A stretch of DNA of 64,000 bases from assembly GCF_009914755.1 (NCBI RefSeq), contig NC_060925.1, one strand, 5' to 3'. Positions 61,327 to 64,000 of this stretch are shown in pieces. The notes beneath the pieces are model-generated. The model ran no database searches. It had not been told where the DNA came from and was given only the letters and a program-made list of their open reading frames with translations. Origin of the DNA: the human T2T-CHM13v2.0 reference genome, Homo sapiens. Numbering within the stretch: position 1 is the stretch's first letter; every line of letters starts with the position of its first letter. The position numbers and the translations under genes are program-made.

Positions 61327-64000
61327 AAGCTTGAGTGAGAGTTTCAGTTAGACAGGAGGAATAAAAAAATACAGAAAATAGAAGGAAACATCAGAGGTTT
61401 CTGGAATGCTGATATATTATTTTACCTGATCTCTTACAAAGGGTGTGGTCCACTGATCAAAAATCATCAAGTTGAATACTTTGATATGTATATTATTCTG
61501 ATATAAGAAGGTGAAAAGAAAAAATATGGAGAAAATCACCATTCATTTTAAGAGTACAGTTTGGATATTAGATGCATAATATTTGATCTCAAATTGGGTA
61601 CCATCTAATATCCATATCCTAGTCATGTTTAACTGAAAGAAAGACAAAAAAATGTGGTCAACTTTTTGTTAACCATGTATTCAGTAATAATCTGACGTTC
61701 TATTATCAAAGGGCAAAAAAGAAATTGGAAATTGAGGGACAACTGGGAGTTTCTGCCACCAAGAGTTGGGCCTTGTTTCCAAAAATGATGTTAAAATGAT
61801 AGTTCTGTTGTAGCGGCTTTCCCTAGTATCAAAATATCTTATAAACCAAAATAAAATTTAAGAACCAATGAAGAAACAATTTTTTCGTAGAAAAACCTGA
61901 TAAAACATTAGCAATATATTTGGATCTTAGTTGAAATAAATAATCAAAAATATATATTACTTTATCTATAGGTGCATTCTTTTAAAAATTGTATCAAAAT
62001 GCCTATATTTGAATTATTTTGTGTGTATTATACAACTCAACTGAAAAATTGTTTTATGCAGATCATTTAATGTCAATACCATCTGTGCAGAAGAGCTAAC
62101 AACTGGTTTCATTGAATGATGCTTTTATATAGCTTGAGTGCCAAAATCATCATTTATACAAAAGATTTCTACATTTGTTTACTAGTTAGTGGCAGCAGGC
62201 TGTCAAAGAAAGTGTGTTTTTTTTAGAAAGTACTACTTTATAGTTTTAATTTCCTTTATTAAGGAATCTCCTACACCTTGGATCATCTAAATACTAGTCT
62301 ATTAAGTATATCAGCTATAGTAGTAATCATTTTAATTGTTAATTCAGAGTCTTAAAAACTGGCTGAATGACAAAATGTCTTTTATTATATGACCATGTTA
62401 TAGTCCAATAAAAAATTATGGACAATGATGAAAAAGTTATTTTAAGGGCTAAGACTAGATTGTCTTTATCATTTGAATGAGCATAGCTATGTAGGAACCT
62501 GCGTTGGTAATTAGTTGGCTTTTACTCATAATTAGTAGATAATATTAAAATCTGGAATATTTGGAATATTTCCACAATTACGTCTTATAAGTTTACTTAG
62601 TCAATTCACTGTGATCAAATAAGAAATACAAGGGAAAAACAAATAAGCCATGTGTAATACAGGAGAAGTGGCAAGAAAAGTGGGCATTCTAGGGTGTCTG
62701 GCCCATATAGAGGGAACACCCATCCCACCGGCCAACAATCAGTAAAATGGAATGTGAGCCGCTGGATTCTCAAAAAGACGAAAGCAAAAACAAAAATCTG
62801 ACAAACAAAAAACATTTTCAGGTACTTATGAGATATCTCTCCATTAAAAATAAAATAAAACAAAAATCCTAACAAGTCAGTTTTTAAATAGCTGAACTAA
62901 CTGTATCTAAAAGCCAGATCTCACCTATGGACCACCAGATTACAAAGTTTGCATTAGAGTTTGAAATGTGTATCAATGTATTTCAGGTTAAAAATATTAT
63001 ATCAACAAATGTGAACTGCTAATTTTCATTATCATTTCTTAATTTTGTTAATGATAAGCTTTATATTTGAGGAACATTTTTAGATAACTTTTTAAAATAG
63101 GAAAAATGAAAAAACAAAACCAAATTTTTTTTATTCAATGAATAAGAGACAAGTAAATGATGAAAATTTATAGTGAAAAATAGGGAGAAAATGTAGACAT
63201 CACATTTATTAATTTTTACAAAAGGTATCATATACTACAGAGCAATGGGATATTTATAAACAAACCACTGTTATGAGTGCCCTATTTGTATTCAATTAAG
63301 TTTTCTAGGTTCAAGAACATTTAAAATATCATACTTAACCTAGACATGACAATTTTAAACATACAACCCCGTCATTTAAAACTTCTCAGTAAGTGCCTGG
63401 GTAAATATTTTTTCCCCTAGCATTATTTTTGGTCTTCAGATTTGTAAGATATTTACATATGTAGAATACCTAAACCAGACAGAATAAAATCACTTCATAG
63501 ACATATGCATATGTATATTATATGTGTCCTTCTAGAATTCTACATATGCAAAAATACAACATTCAAAAAGTGTTCTTATTAGAAAGTCACCCTATGATCT
63601 AAATGTGCTGTGAACATTTTGAAACCTATGGTAACTTTATCCTAACTCTAAATTTCATCTTGAGAGAGAGTCTTGATCTAATTTTCAGGCTTGGCAGCAA
63701 AGTTTTAAATCACTATATTATCACTGAATTTATTTAGCACCATTAGCTTTTTAAAAGATTACTTACTGTGTTATTTTTATGTATGTTTTTCTCCACACGT
63801 GCACAACATAGTGTCCAAAAATGTAAGAAGCAACAAGTCATGGAGACAGGTGAAAGGCCAGGAACTAGAAGAGTGAAAAAAGGGACATTAGACAGGAAAT
63901 GGGTTAGGAATGGGAATCAACTACATAGAATTAGCAGCTTCAGTAAGTAACAGAACAGAGCTAGGATTAAAAACAAAGAATCACAAAATAGACAAAGTAG

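Overview
AT-rich, repeat-dominated primate (very likely human) non-coding DNA, either gene desert or deep intron. I find no credible protein-coding exon, RNA gene or CpG island. Every recognisable ORF in the track comes from a transposon (Alu, L1 ORF1/ORF2, MaLR internal, ERVL pol). The window holds about a dozen Alu/FLAM copies, an L1PA5-like element with a twin-priming 5' inversion, a near-full-length L1PA10-13-like element, several old L1M/L2/MIR relics, a full THE1B-like provirus, MST/MLT LTRs and an ERVL pol relic. Four structures stand out. (1) Two independent ERV9/LTR12 solo LTRs sit back-to-back, 71 bp apart, inside one Alu that itself lies in an L1 5'UTR; this is a candidate NF-Y-rich bidirectional promoter. 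(2) An L1 has a 15-bp TSD that encloses ~250 bp of non-L1 3' sequence (probable 3' transduction) and also carries an internal templated duplication/deletion. (3) An LTR-less MaLR internal segment is bounded by 56-bp direct repeats. (4) A local L1 inversion is bounded by ~55-bp inverted duplications. Subfamily calls come from remembered diagnostic motifs, not database searches. No new biological system can be demonstrated from the sequence alone.
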